From: an uncultured Syntrophaceae bacterium
GTDB lineage: Bacteria; Desulfobacterota; BSN033; UBA1163
Assembly: GCA_964390545.1 (NCBI GenBank)
Contig: CAYMJV010000001.1
Coordinates: forward strand, 30,282-94,281
Direction: 5' to 3'
DNA length: 64,000 nucleotides
In this document: positions 39,621-48,673 of the stretch, in pieces
Position numbering within the stretch: the stretch's first letter is position 1
Layout of the letters: each line of letters begins with the position of its first letter
Program-made: the position numbers and the translations under genes
Notes under the pieces: generated by a model
Told to the model about the DNA's origin: nothing
The model's database searches: none
Seen by the model: only the letters and a program-made list of their open reading frames with translations

Positions 39621-40136
39621 ATGAGTGAACGAAAAGGGCTAGTAACGTTCATGGGGAATCCATTGACCTTGATTGGAAATGAGGTGAAAGTTGGAGAATC
39701 AGCGCCCGACTTCGTCGTCCTGGACAACAACCTCTCACCGGTCAAACTTTCTTCCTTTCGTGGGAAAATATGTGTGCTCTCATCTGTCCCTTCTCTTGAT
39801 ACTCCAGTCTGTGACATGGAGACAAGGAAGTTCAACGAGGAGGCTGGACGGTTAGGAAAGGACATCGCCATCCTGACCATCAGTATGGATCTGCCCTTTG
39901 CGCAGAAGCGCTGGTGCGCCGCAGCTGGAGTGAATCAGGTCCAAACTCTATCGGATCACCGCGAGGCTTCTTTTGGAAACTCCTTTGGGGTTCTGATCAA
40001 GGAGCTCAGATTGCTTGCAAGAGCGGTCTTCCTCATAGACCGAAAGGGAGTGATCCAGTATGTTCAGCTCGTGAAAGAGGTCTCAAGGGAACCAGACTAC
40101 GAGGCGGTATTCAACGCACTAAAAAAACTGCAATAA
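39621..40136 (+). CDS. tpx: Thiol peroxidase (Tpx, atypical 2-Cys peroxiredoxin)
   Basis: SVPSLDTPVC peroxidatic Cys motif and a resolving Cys (CAA). Confidence 0.8.
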   Translation: MSERKGLVTFMGNPLTLIGNEVKVGESAPDFVVLDNNLSPVKLSSFRGKICVLSSVPSLDTPVCDMETRKFNEEAGRLGKDIAILTISMDLPFAQKRWCAAAGVNQVQTLSDHREASFGNSFGVLIKELRLLARAVFLIDRKGVIQYVQLVKEVSREPDYEAVFNALKKLQ

Positions 40137-40149
40137 ACGGGGGAAAAAG

Positions 40150-40725
40150 ATGAAGAGAAAGTTAATGCCATTCGCTTTGATGGCCGTTCTTTTCTTAACG
40201 GTCAGTTCATCCATCCACGCGGCTGACAAGCCTCCACAGAAGGGGGAATCGCTTCCTGTCATTAACCTTCCTATTCCAAAGAGCCCTGCTGAGAAGAGCT
40301 ATCTGGGGCTTACTGGAGTAGGATCTTTCAAAATACCCCAGATCAAGGCCAAGGCGGTGATCATTGAGATTTTTAGCATGTACTGCCCCTACTGTCAGAA
40401 GGATGCACCCGGAATCAACGAACTCTACACTCTTATTGAAAATGATCCCGACCTCAAGGGGAAAATAAAACTACTAGGTATCGGGGCTGGAAATACGCCC
40501 TTCGAAGTGGGCGTCTACAAAAAAACTTACGCGGTTCCCTTCCCCCTCTTCCCGGATCAGGATTTCACGATTCACAAGGCCTGTGGAGAGGTAAGAACCC
40601 CATACTTCATCGTTGTTAAAATCAACGAGGACGGGAGCCATCTGATTGTTCACTCTCAGTTGGGGGAATACCCAGGGGCAAAACCATTCCTGGAATTAGT
40701 CCTCAAATCTTCAGGCCTTCAATAG
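40150..40725 (+). CDS. Secreted thioredoxin-fold thiol:disulfide oxidoreductase (TlpA/ResA-like)
   Basis: Signal peptide and a CPYC active site within a thioredoxin fold. Confidence 0.7.
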   Translation: MKRKLMPFALMAVLFLTVSSSIHAADKPPQKGESLPVINLPIPKSPAEKSYLGLTGVGSFKIPQIKAKAVIIEIFSMYCPYCQKDAPGINELYTLIENDPDLKGKIKLLGIGAGNTPFEVGVYKKTYAVPFPLFPDQDFTIHKACGEVRTPYFIVVKINEDGSHLIVHSQLGEYPGAKPFLELVLKSSGLQ

Positions 40726-40737
40726 GAGGAGGATGCC

Positions 40738-41346
40738 ATGAAAAAGAGAAGAGCCTTTCATCTCACATGGGTTATCGGGGCCCTCTCTCTCTGTGCCTTT
40801 ATCCCCATGGTCTACGCCATCTCAGACGCCTTCAAGCAGAATATTTATAACGTCGGGACGCTCAAACCGGTCGACAGTATCCTGAAGGTGAAGGCAGGAG
40901 ACCGCGCTCCCGATTTTACCCTCCCGTCCATCTCTGAAGAAAAAGTTTCCCTGAACCAGTACCGGGGGAAGAAGAATGTGGTTCTCTCCTTTGTACCTGC
41001 AGCGTGGACACCGGTCTGTTCAGATCAGTGGCCAGGGTACAATATCGTAAAGGACATCTTCGACGAGAATAATGCCATCCTGCTAGGCATTACGGTGGAC
41101 AACATCCCTACCCTCTATGCATGGACCAATCAAATGGGTAAATTGTGGTTTCCCGTACTCTCCGACTTCTGGCCGCATGGAGCCGTTGCCCAAAAATATG
41201 GGGTGTTAAGATCGAACGGCGTTTCTGAAAGAGCTTTGTTTGTGATTGATAAAAAGGGGATCGTTCGTTACATCAACGTCAATGACATTAACAAGAGACC
41301 CTCTCTAGAAGATCTTATCAATGCGTTAGAAAAGCTAAATAAGTAG
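40738..41346 (+). CDS. Peroxiredoxin (AhpC/TSA-PrxQ/BCP-like), exported
   Basis: Signal/TM N-terminus and the FVPAAWTPVCS peroxidatic motif. Confidence 0.75.
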   Translation: MKKRRAFHLTWVIGALSLCAFIPMVYAISDAFKQNIYNVGTLKPVDSILKVKAGDRAPDFTLPSISEEKVSLNQYRGKKNVVLSFVPAAWTPVCSDQWPGYNIVKDIFDENNAILLGITVDNIPTLYAWTNQMGKLWFPVLSDFWPHGAVAQKYGVLRSNGVSERALFVIDKKGIVRYINVNDINKRPSLEDLINALEKLNK

Positions 41347-41404
41347 AACAATGGCCTATGGGCGGGAAGCTTCACATTTGAAATTTGTCACTTGGCATTG
41401 ATTC

Positions 41405-41881
41405 TCAAATCTGAATTATGTCGCCTTCGATACTCTCACCAATATGTAAGATACCGAGAGTTGGTCCCTGGATAAAAGAACGGGTTGGGGAGCCTGGGTT
41501 GAAGAAGTAAATGTTTTTCACCTGATGATGGGCTGGCGTATGGGTATGACCATAAACGATCGCATCAACGTCGTCAAACTCATCTCTTACTCTTGACTCC
41601 ATTCCAAAGGGAGACCCTCCTCCATGGACCAAACCAATTTTGAATGTACCGATTTCAATAACCCTCTTCCGTGGGAAAGCCTTTCGGATTTCCGGGGGAT
41701 CCATATTCCCGAAGACTGCGATCAGTTCCTTCTGACTTGAGAGATACTCGGCCACGCTCAGATCGACAAAATCACCGGTGTGGAATATCTTTTCCACATC
41801 CTTAAAATGGGACTCGATCCATTTCTTAAACTCGGAATGGGGTTCCCTCAAATGGGTATCTGAAAGAACTCCGATCTTCAT
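41405..41881 (-). CDS. Metallophosphoesterase (YfcE/MJ0936-like)
   Basis: MPP metallophosphoesterase motifs (GVLSDTH, HTGDF, GNMD, GHTH). Confidence 0.75.
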   Translation of the reverse strand: MKIGVLSDTHLREPHSEFKKWIESHFKDVEKIFHTGDFVDLSVAEYLSSQKELIAVFGNMDPPEIRKAFPRKRVIEIGTFKIGLVHGGGSPFGMESRVRDEFDDVDAIVYGHTHTPAHHQVKNIYFFNPGSPTRSFIQGPTLGILHIGESIEGDIIQI

Positions 41882-41896
41882 GGCACGCCTCGTCAA

Positions 41897-41940
41897 ATCC
41901 CCCTTCCTCCCCCTTTACTAAAGGGGGAAAGAGGGGGATT
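41897..41940. repeat. G-rich palindrome (TCCCCCTTCCTCCCCC..GGGGGAAAGAGGGGGA) with flanking T-run; bidirectional terminator-like, same family as 33179 and 56875
   Basis: Inverted repeat read directly, between convergently and divergently arranged genes. Confidence 0.5.
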
Positions 41941-41942
41941 AT

Positions 41943-42881
41943 TTATTTTGTTAGTTCTACTACCGAATAATAAATTCCCACGGCCACTTTTCTCATAAAC
42001 TCGAAATCAAGGGTCTCCATCGTATCAGAAGGAAGATGGTAATTCGGGTTTCTCAAAAAAGCCGTATCCGTAACCAGCAGCGCTGGGAAGCCCCGATCCC
42101 AGAATGGACTGTGGTCGCTCGACCTCACTTCCTCCATGCCTGCCCCATTTCCAGGGACAAGAAGAAATTCAGATGGAAGCTGGGGGATCCGGGCTTTAAA
42201 AGTCCGGCGGACGACTTCTAATAATGCCTTCGAATTCTCATTCCCAACAATCCCGATGAAATCTCCCACGGCGGGATAATACTTAGGATCCATATAGGGG
42301 GGATAATCCTGCCTCGGCCCGGTGAAACCGACCATTTCCAGGGAGATCATCCCGTGTATCTTTTCCCCCCCTCTTCTCGCCCTCTCCGCATAATGAAGGC
42401 TACCCACATATCCATATTCCTCGAGACCAAACGCGATCAGTTTCAAAGTCGATCCCAAGGAAATCTTCTGAATATTTCTCGCCACCTCAAGAAGGACGGC
42501 GATAGCACTCGCATTGTCGTCCGCCCCTGGAGATCCTGGAACGGTGTCATAATGGGCTCCAAGAATCACCACCCGATCCGGCGAGGTTTTCCCTCTCTTC
42601 ACCGCCAGAATATTCTTATGGGTTTTCCCCTCCCACTGGAATGAATCTTCTTCGACCTCCAGCCCAATCCTTGAAAGCTCCCTCTGAATGTATTGGGCCA
42701 CCTGCTCTAATTCGGGATGTCGATCGTAGGGATTTCGATCAAAATGGATATTCCGTACATGGTCTTTGAGATTCTCTATCGAAATACGATCCATCATGGC
42801 AGAATATCTCTCATCCTGCACCAGTAGGAAAAGAAGAAAAAGCAGAAGGATGAATAGGAATGATACAAATCGAATACCCAT
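41943..42881 (-). CDS. M28-family aminopeptidase, secreted
   Basis: Signal peptide and M28 zinc-ligand blocks (GAHYD, DNASA, EEYG). Confidence 0.75.
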   Translation of the reverse strand: MGIRFVSFLFILLLFLLFLLVQDERYSAMMDRISIENLKDHVRNIHFDRNPYDRHPELEQVAQYIQRELSRIGLEVEEDSFQWEGKTHKNILAVKRGKTSPDRVVILGAHYDTVPGSPGADDNASAIAVLLEVARNIQKISLGSTLKLIAFGLEEYGYVGSLHYAERARRGGEKIHGMISLEMVGFTGPRQDYPPYMDPKYYPAVGDFIGIVGNENSKALLEVVRRTFKARIPQLPSEFLLVPGNGAGMEEVRSSDHSPFWDRGFPALLVTDTAFLRNPNYHLPSDTMETLDFEFMRKVAVGIYYSVVELTK

Positions 42882-42996
42882 GATGAGACATGAATGAAAG
42901 CATGTTATTGAAAAATGAATCGTCTGTCAATTGGGGGGCCTCTTAATTCCTTTCCTTTTTAAAACGATTTGATTTATAATTTTTGTAGGAATTCAG

Positions 42997-43458
42997 ATGG
43001 CTATCGGTCGTAAGAAGAAGGCTCTTGTCCATATTGCTAAAGAAGACCTTCATCTTGAGGATGAATCTTATCGCCAGATCCTAAAGGGAGTGGCAGGGGT
43101 GGAAAGTTCAACTCAACTCACTGTCGAGGGTTTTGAGAAAGTGATGAGACGGTTCGAGGAGATGGGATTTAAGGGCCTCCTCCCCTCTCCTCAACATCCC
43201 GTACCCAAAGGCCGGCTCATCCCTTCGGGCAGTCCGCAGGGTTTTGAAGGAATCACAACGAGTCAACAAGACTTCGTCCACTACCTCTTAGAGAGGCTGG
43301 GCTGGGATCAAGGCCACTACCATGCCTTCTGCCAGCGGATCATCAAAAAACTCGACCCCATGACCAAGCGGGATGGTCAGAAGATCATCATCGGTCTGAT
43401 GGCCATTTTAAGAAAGAGGGCGATTCAAGAAAGGGGGAAGAAGGGGAACCATAGATGA
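42997..43458 (+). CDS. DUF1018 / phage Mu GemA (gp16)-like protein
   Basis: KKALVHIAKEDLHLEDESYRQIL, an FEEMGF region and a C-terminal W...R pattern parallel Mu GemA. Stop overlaps the next start (ATGA). Confidence 0.6.
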   Translation: MAIGRKKKALVHIAKEDLHLEDESYRQILKGVAGVESSTQLTVEGFEKVMRRFEEMGFKGLLPSPQHPVPKGRLIPSGSPQGFEGITTSQQDFVHYLLERLGWDQGHYHAFCQRIIKKLDPMTKRDGQKIIIGLMAILRKRAIQERGKKGNHR

Positions 43459-44237
43459 AAACATATATAAAGGCTGGTTTGGCGGTTCTTCTGCTCATTG
43501 CTTTGGTGCTTTTCGCCGTCAGCAAAGAAACCCCACCTCCTTTTGTTGAAATGGAGGTGAAGGGGGTGAGGATGGATGTTCTGGGACAGAACCCGGTCGT
43601 CATCCTTGCAGATAAGGAGGGGAGGAAGGCTCTCCCCATCTGGATAGGCCTTCTTGAAGCCAACGCGATCGAAAGGGAGTTGAAGAGCGTCACGACCTCC
43701 AGACCCATGACCCATGACCTTCTCCACTCTGTCTTGGAGCAGGTGCGTGCGAAGGTAAAGGAGGTGAAGATCGTCGACCTGAAGGATCACACTTACTATG
43801 CAAAGCTTTTTCTCATCGTCAATAAAGAACTGATCGAACTCGATGCCCGACCCAGCGATGCCATCATCATGGCTCTAAAATCGAAGGCTCCGGTTTATGT
43901 CGCGGCAAAAATCGTCGATGATCAGGGCGTCCTTCTTACCAAGAAGGAGGCCCTTGGAGAACGCCATGGCATCCGAGTCCAGGAACTCACTCCTTCGCTC
44001 GCTTCCCACTTCAACTTCAAGGGCGAAAAAGGAGTTCTTGTTTCAGAAGTCGTTTCGGGCAGCGCTTCTGAGGCTTCGGGGATTAAAGCTGGAGATATTA
44101 TTACGAAGGTTCATTTGAAAGAGGTCGGGAGTGTTCAAGAATTTGAAGAGACCTTCGATGCACTCAAGGCGGAGAGTTCAATCAGCATCTCCCTTTTCAG
44201 GGATGACAGATTCCAAGAAATAAATCTTAAACCTTAG
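43455..44237 (+). CDS. Membrane-anchored bifunctional nuclease (BFN/DUF151) domain fused to a C-terminal PDZ domain
   Basis: N-terminal TM anchor, DUF151 blocks (PVVILAD..ALPIWIG..EA.AI; RPMTHDL; DARPSDAI) and a C-terminal PDZ (GIKAGDIITKV). Confidence 0.6.
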   Translation: MKTYIKAGLAVLLLIALVLFAVSKETPPPFVEMEVKGVRMDVLGQNPVVILADKEGRKALPIWIGLLEANAIERELKSVTTSRPMTHDLLHSVLEQVRAKVKEVKIVDLKDHTYYAKLFLIVNKELIELDARPSDAIIMALKSKAPVYVAAKIVDDQGVLLTKKEALGERHGIRVQELTPSLASHFNFKGEKGVLVSEVVSGSASEASGIKAGDIITKVHLKEVGSVQEFEETFDALKAESSISISLFRDDRFQEINLKP

Positions 44238-44470
44238 CCTTCCTCTTTTCCTCGGTGAAGGGATCTCAGCGAGCAATACCGCTCCGCCTCGGATCGAGGA
44301 GGTGACGAGAAACCTTCAACAGAGCTCTGAAAAACTACTTTTCGCTCTCTTGATTACACAGATTTCAAAATAGGATTACACGGATTTTTTTGTTTCAATG
44401 AATTCCCTGTCGGTGTAATCGGTCCCTAATCAGTGTAATCAGAGATTTCTCGACTTATCCAGAAATCTCT

Positions 44471-44884
44471 TCAATTCAGCATCTTCTTAATGATAGGGAC
44501 CTTGAAAAAGGCAACGCCTTCCTCCTTCAGAATGACTTCCTCTTCGGTAGTGGCCGTTCCCTTTATATTTCTCTTTTCTGCCTCACCCGAATGTATTTTG
44601 AGAGCCTCCTTGTAGAAGTCAGCCCCCACATCCTCAAAATGCTTGTCAATATAGTCAGTAATCACCTGAAGGGCCTGTTGAGCGCGCTGAGAATCGAATT
44701 CTTCCTCCTTCTTCCCACCATCCCTCTTTATCATAAAAGGAGAAAAAGCCCTTTCAATCTGATGGTCGCTGCAGACGGGGCAGCTCACCATGCAGGAGGC
44801 TATTTTTTCCTCACAGGAAGCGCTGTCCTTAAACCAGCATTCAAATTTATGTCCGTTCGAACAGAAAAGATCGAAAGCAATCAT
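44471..44884 (-). CDS. DUF1178-like zinc-ribbon protein
   Basis: N-terminal CxxGHxFExWF and CPxC motifs. Confidence 0.5.
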   Translation of the reverse strand: MIAFDLFCSNGHKFECWFKDSASCEEKIASCMVSCPVCSDHQIERAFSPFMIKRDGGKKEEEFDSQRAQQALQVITDYIDKHFEDVGADFYKEALKIHSGEAEKRNIKGTATTEEEVILKEEGVAFFKVPIIKKMLN

Positions 44885-44955
44885 TTTATACCCCAAAATA
44901 GATTAACATCTTGATACGACTTTGGCAACTTGTTTCTGAACATGAAGAGCCTTTC

Positions 44956-46170
44956 TTACTTCGTTCTCTTACTGAAAGCGGTTAAAGTAAAGCAGAGGAG
45001 AAACCCAACCAACGAAGAAAGAAGAGTTAACAGAAAAGAACCCGTTAGATCTCTTAGAGTCCCTCCCAACGTTGTTCCCAAGAATTGCCCGATGCCATGA
45101 ATCAGGGTGACCAGACCGTAGACCGAGGCCCTTTTTTCACCCACCTGATCTCCAATGGACGCGGCAATAATGGCAACGGTGCCTAAAAAAGTGAACCCGA
45201 ATAGAAAGGTAGAAACCCCCAGAAGAAAAACCTGATGGAAACAGAGAGGGAGAATCAGGGCTAATGAAATGACTCCGTTATTCCAGAGAAGGGCTCTTCT
45301 CCTTCCCAGTCGGTCTGAAAGAAATCCCCAGACCAATCCACTCACCATGCACATCCATCCAAAAATGGCCCAGAGGCTCCCAGCGGTTTTTTCGGGAATA
45401 TGAATCTCCTCGATCATATAGGCCACAAAATAGGTCGTATAGATGTTATAGGCAAATCCAAAGATGAAATAGATGATAAAGATGGCTTTAAGAGTGAATT
45501 CATCTCCCCTCCTCCCGGGAGCCATGGCTTTCCTTTCTTCATCAGGGGTTGAAGAAAGGATGGAGATCTCCCCAGGCTTTTCTTTCAAGAATATCCATCC
45601 CCCAATGGCTACCGTAAGAGTGGTCAAGGCGAGAAGGAACCAACATTGTCTCCATGCCTCCTGACCCAGACGGGACAAAAGATAAGGAAGCAAAAGGCCC
45701 GTGACGATAATACCAAGACCTGTTCCTCCGGTAAGGACCCCAACGGCCCTTCCTAGCCTTCGCTCTTCAAACCATGCCATGGGAAGAGTCGTCATGGAAA
45801 TGTGAACCCCTCCACCCCCTGCTCCCATGGTAAAGGTGAAGAAAAGAAGAGGAAAGAACCCTAACAATCGGCCGATGAAGAACATGGAGAGTGCCCCACA
45901 CAAAAGAGAGCCGATCACAATCCTTTTCGGCCCGAACCGCGTTGCCAACACCCCCCCAATCAGAGAAAAAAGAAGGTAGCCCAGCAGAATTCCTCCGCTG
46001 AGGAGTCCCATCTGAATATAATTGAAATCAAGGGACTCTCTCATACTGGGGAGAAGCATCGGATAGGCAAAACGACCAAACCCCAATCCCGCCATTTTGA
46101 CAAGGACGCCCACTCCCACAATGACCCAGCCGTAATGGAAAGTTTTCATTGTCGACAACAGTAATTCCAT
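44956..46170 (-). CDS. MFS transporter
   Basis: Twelve predicted TM segments and an MFS loop motif (GRRRAL). Confidence 0.75.
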   Translation of the reverse strand: MELLLSTMKTFHYGWVIVGVGVLVKMAGLGFGRFAYPMLLPSMRESLDFNYIQMGLLSGGILLGYLLFSLIGGVLATRFGPKRIVIGSLLCGALSMFFIGRLLGFFPLLFFTFTMGAGGGGVHISMTTLPMAWFEERRLGRAVGVLTGGTGLGIIVTGLLLPYLLSRLGQEAWRQCWFLLALTTLTVAIGGWIFLKEKPGEISILSSTPDEERKAMAPGRRGDEFTLKAIFIIYFIFGFAYNIYTTYFVAYMIEEIHIPEKTAGSLWAIFGWMCMVSGLVWGFLSDRLGRRRALLWNNGVISLALILPLCFHQVFLLGVSTFLFGFTFLGTVAIIAASIGDQVGEKRASVYGLVTLIHGIGQFLGTTLGGTLRDLTGSFLLTLLSSLVGFLLCFTLTAFSKRTK

Positions 46171-46210
46171 CTCTTGACGAAGTCAATCATTTTTGATATC
46201 AATAGCTTTG

Positions 46211-46756
46211 ATGACAGCTAAAATCAATATCGGCAAGTCAACGTTAGAAGTGGTCCAGGGCGACATTACCTTTCAGGATACGGAGGCTATTGGGAACGCT
46301 GCCAATTCGGCTTTGGCAGGAGGAGGGGGAGTCGATGGCGCGATTCACCGCGCAGGTGGCCCCTCCCTGATGGCTGAGCTAAAAGCTAAATATAAGGATT
46401 GTCCGACAGGATCGGCTGTGATTACGGGGGGTGGGAATCTCAAAGCGAAATATGTGATCCATGCCGTTGGTCCAAGGTATTCCGGGTCTCCCAAAGATGC
46501 GGCGCTTCTTGGTGCTGCCTATCGAGAGAGTTTGGAGTTGTGCTCACGACAGAACATTTCCTCGATTGCCTTTCCTTCTATCAGCACCGGGGTTTATGGA
46601 TACCCGGTGGAAGAAGCCTCCCGGATTGCATTAAATACGGTTGCGAACTATTTGGAGAGACATCAAGACATTAAACTCACCCGGTTCGTCCTCTTCGATT
46701 TAAGAACCTACCAAACGTATGTAGCTGCGTTGAAAGAATTAGTCCTGCCCGAATGA
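46211..46756 (+). CDS. Macro-domain protein (ADP-ribose / O-acetyl-ADP-ribose hydrolase, YmdB-like)
   Basis: GDIT...NAANSAL..GGGVDGAIH...HAVGP macro signature. Confidence 0.8.
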   Translation: MTAKINIGKSTLEVVQGDITFQDTEAIGNAANSALAGGGGVDGAIHRAGGPSLMAELKAKYKDCPTGSAVITGGGNLKAKYVIHAVGPRYSGSPKDAALLGAAYRESLELCSRQNISSIAFPSISTGVYGYPVEEASRIALNTVANYLERHQDIKLTRFVLFDLRTYQTYVAALKELVLPE

Positions 46757-46769
46757 AATAGGGCAATTC

Positions 46770-47744
46770 TTAAAGAGGCAGGTCCACACCCATCCCCTTT
46801 GCTTTCGCCAGTTGATAAATCCGGATCGCTGTGGCCATGTCATCCAGGGCAAGGCCCAGGTTGATGCTCATGGCCCGCTCTTTAGAAGATTCACGGCCGG
46901 GCTTAAGACCCGCCACAATCTCTCCAAGGTCGGCATAAGGCTCTGGTGTCTCTTTGAAGTAGCCTTCCTGCCTGTAGTAACGCATCTGCATGAGGTCATC
47001 GGTAGCAAGTTTATTGATTTGACGGATTGCTCCCCCCTTCCAGTAGGAGTCAAAATCTACAGGAGAGGCAAAGGCTCCATCTGCAAGCCACCCCGGTTCG
47101 ATGAGGGGTTTCGGATGTTTAAGAATGGGACCGCTGGTCACCACAAGGTCTAGGCCTTGCACTGCTTCAGTCAGTCTTTTCACCGGCTCAATATCCAGGT
47201 TCAGGGCTTTGCTCATTTCCGTTGCATACTGCTCGGCTATTTCAGGGTAGAGATCGTACGCCTTCACTTTCTTAATCTTGAAGAGACAGGTTAGGGCTTC
47301 AAGATTGCTGCGGCCTTGCACTCCGCAAGCCACAATCCCGACCGTGGTACTATCAGGACGGGCGAGGTACTTGGCTGCCACGGCCGTGGCTGCACCTGTT
47401 CGCTTGGCCGTAATCCAGGTGCAGTCCATGATGGTGATGGGTATGCCTGTTTCTGGGTCGTTCAGCAAGAGGAGCCCAGTGATATAGGGAAGACCTTTTC
47501 TTTGATTGTCCGGGTAACCCGACACCCATTTCATGCCTGCTGATTGGAGGTTGGGGATATAGGCAGGCATAGCGTGGATAAAGGCGTCAGGACGGGTATG
47601 GATGCCTGGTTTGGGTGGCATCTCTGTACGGCCGGCACCCTTCTCTTTAAACATCGCTTCCAATGCATCGATGATTTCACGCATGGGAAGGGCAATCGTT
47701 TCTACATCTTTACGTGAAAGGTATAGAACGGATCCTAGTTTCAT
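46770..47744 (-). CDS. Ornithine cyclodeaminase / mu-crystallin-family protein
   Basis: NAD Rossmann motif GIVACGVQG in the OCD fold. The ORF-track 5' extension overlaps the REP pair, so the ATG at 47744 is preferred. Confidence 0.7.
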   Translation of the reverse strand: MKLGSVLYLSRKDVETIALPMREIIDALEAMFKEKGAGRTEMPPKPGIHTRPDAFIHAMPAYIPNLQSAGMKWVSGYPDNQRKGLPYITGLLLLNDPETGIPITIMDCTWITAKRTGAATAVAAKYLARPDSTTVGIVACGVQGRSNLEALTCLFKIKKVKAYDLYPEIAEQYATEMSKALNLDIEPVKRLTEAVQGLDLVVTSGPILKHPKPLIEPGWLADGAFASPVDFDSYWKGGAIRQINKLATDDLMQMRYYRQEGYFKETPEPYADLGEIVAGLKPGRESSKERAMSINLGLALDDMATAIRIYQLAKAKGMGVDLPL

Positions 47745-47768
47745 ATCTTTTTTATCCTGATCAGATAT

Positions 47769-47848
47769 GTAGGGTGCGTTCCCCGAACGCACCATCATGG
47801 TGAGCTCTTGTTAAACTATTTAAGGCGTGCTCGGGGATCACGCCCTAC
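47769..47848. repeat. REP/BIME-like pair: GTAGGGTGCGTTCCCCGAACGCACC, a ~30-nt spacer, then inverted GGCGTGCTCGGGGATCACGCCCTAC
   Basis: Reverse-complement relationship to the units at 30592-30647, verified by eye. Confidence 0.7.
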
Positions 47849-47957
47849 AGCCTTGGATTCTGCCGAAAAGGGAGGCTAAAGCTTTCCCTCCCAATGTTTA
47901 TTTTTCAATGAGTTTCTGAAACAAGTTCAGAATGACAGATGGTAAAGTTAATGTTCT

Positions 47958-48518
47958 TTATTCCAAGATCTTCTTCAGGGCCTCGTCGGTCTTTCGTCCC
48001 CTCGGCCCATCTCCAGGAAGGTAGAGCATGACTCCTTTTCCGCTCCTTAAGGGAATGACCTCTATCTTTCCCTCTGAGGCCATTTTGCTGGTAAATTCAA
48101 TCGGGTCTTTGTTGAAATGTTTCCGGAAGGCATCATTTAACCCGCTGAAGACACTGTGGATACCCCGGTAAGGTTCTTTCCTCAATTTCTTTATCCCTTC
48201 GATGATGAACTCCTCTTCAGAAAGAGAGGAGGCTTGACCCCCGCCGATCAACCGGATGATCTCTTCTGCAGAAGGCCTTTGAGGAGCATCTCCAGGAAGA
48301 AAGAGCATCACCCCTCCTTTAAAAGCCCTCGTCTCAATCTTGCCCTCCTTGGCGAGTCTGGAGGTCGCCTCCACGGGATTAGTTCCGAAATACTTTCGAA
48401 AGGCTTCGTTGAACCCGCTGTAGACGCTGTGGATCCCCCGAAAGGGGTCCTTTCTCAATTTCTTGATCGCCTGGGTAACAAATTCTTCTTCGGTCAGTCT
48501 TTTTTCTTCGTCCGCCAT
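47958..48518 (-). CDS. Hypothetical protein made of two tandem ~90-aa repeats (EEEF..KKLRK.P.RGIHSV.SG.N.AFRK.F...P.E.TS..A.EGKIE......G.GVML.LPGD)
   Basis: Internal duplication obvious in the translation. No known family. Confidence 0.5.
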   Translation of the reverse strand: MADEEKRLTEEEFVTQAIKKLRKDPFRGIHSVYSGFNEAFRKYFGTNPVEATSRLAKEGKIETRAFKGGVMLFLPGDAPQRPSAEEIIRLIGGGQASSLSEEEFIIEGIKKLRKEPYRGIHSVFSGLNDAFRKHFNKDPIEFTSKMASEGKIEVIPLRSGKGVMLYLPGDGPRGRKTDEALKKILE

Positions 48519-48673
48519 GGGGCTCCCTCCTCCCAAATCAACACTTCGACTCCCCGGCCTGAAGGCCTGGGCTTGCCCTCGGCCTGAGACTTCGGCGTGA
48601 GCTCAGTCGAACGCTCGGGTCGAAGGCTCAGGGTTGACCCTGAGCGCCGCCGAATGGGTCAACCCTTTAGGTT

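Noticed and set aside
42997-44237. Intact prophage
   Set aside because: The only phage-like gene is the GemA-like DUF1018 ORF. Flanking genes are peptidase, nuclease-PDZ, DUF1178, MFS and macro-domain genes, with no integrase, capsid or terminase. A full prophage is therefore not supported.
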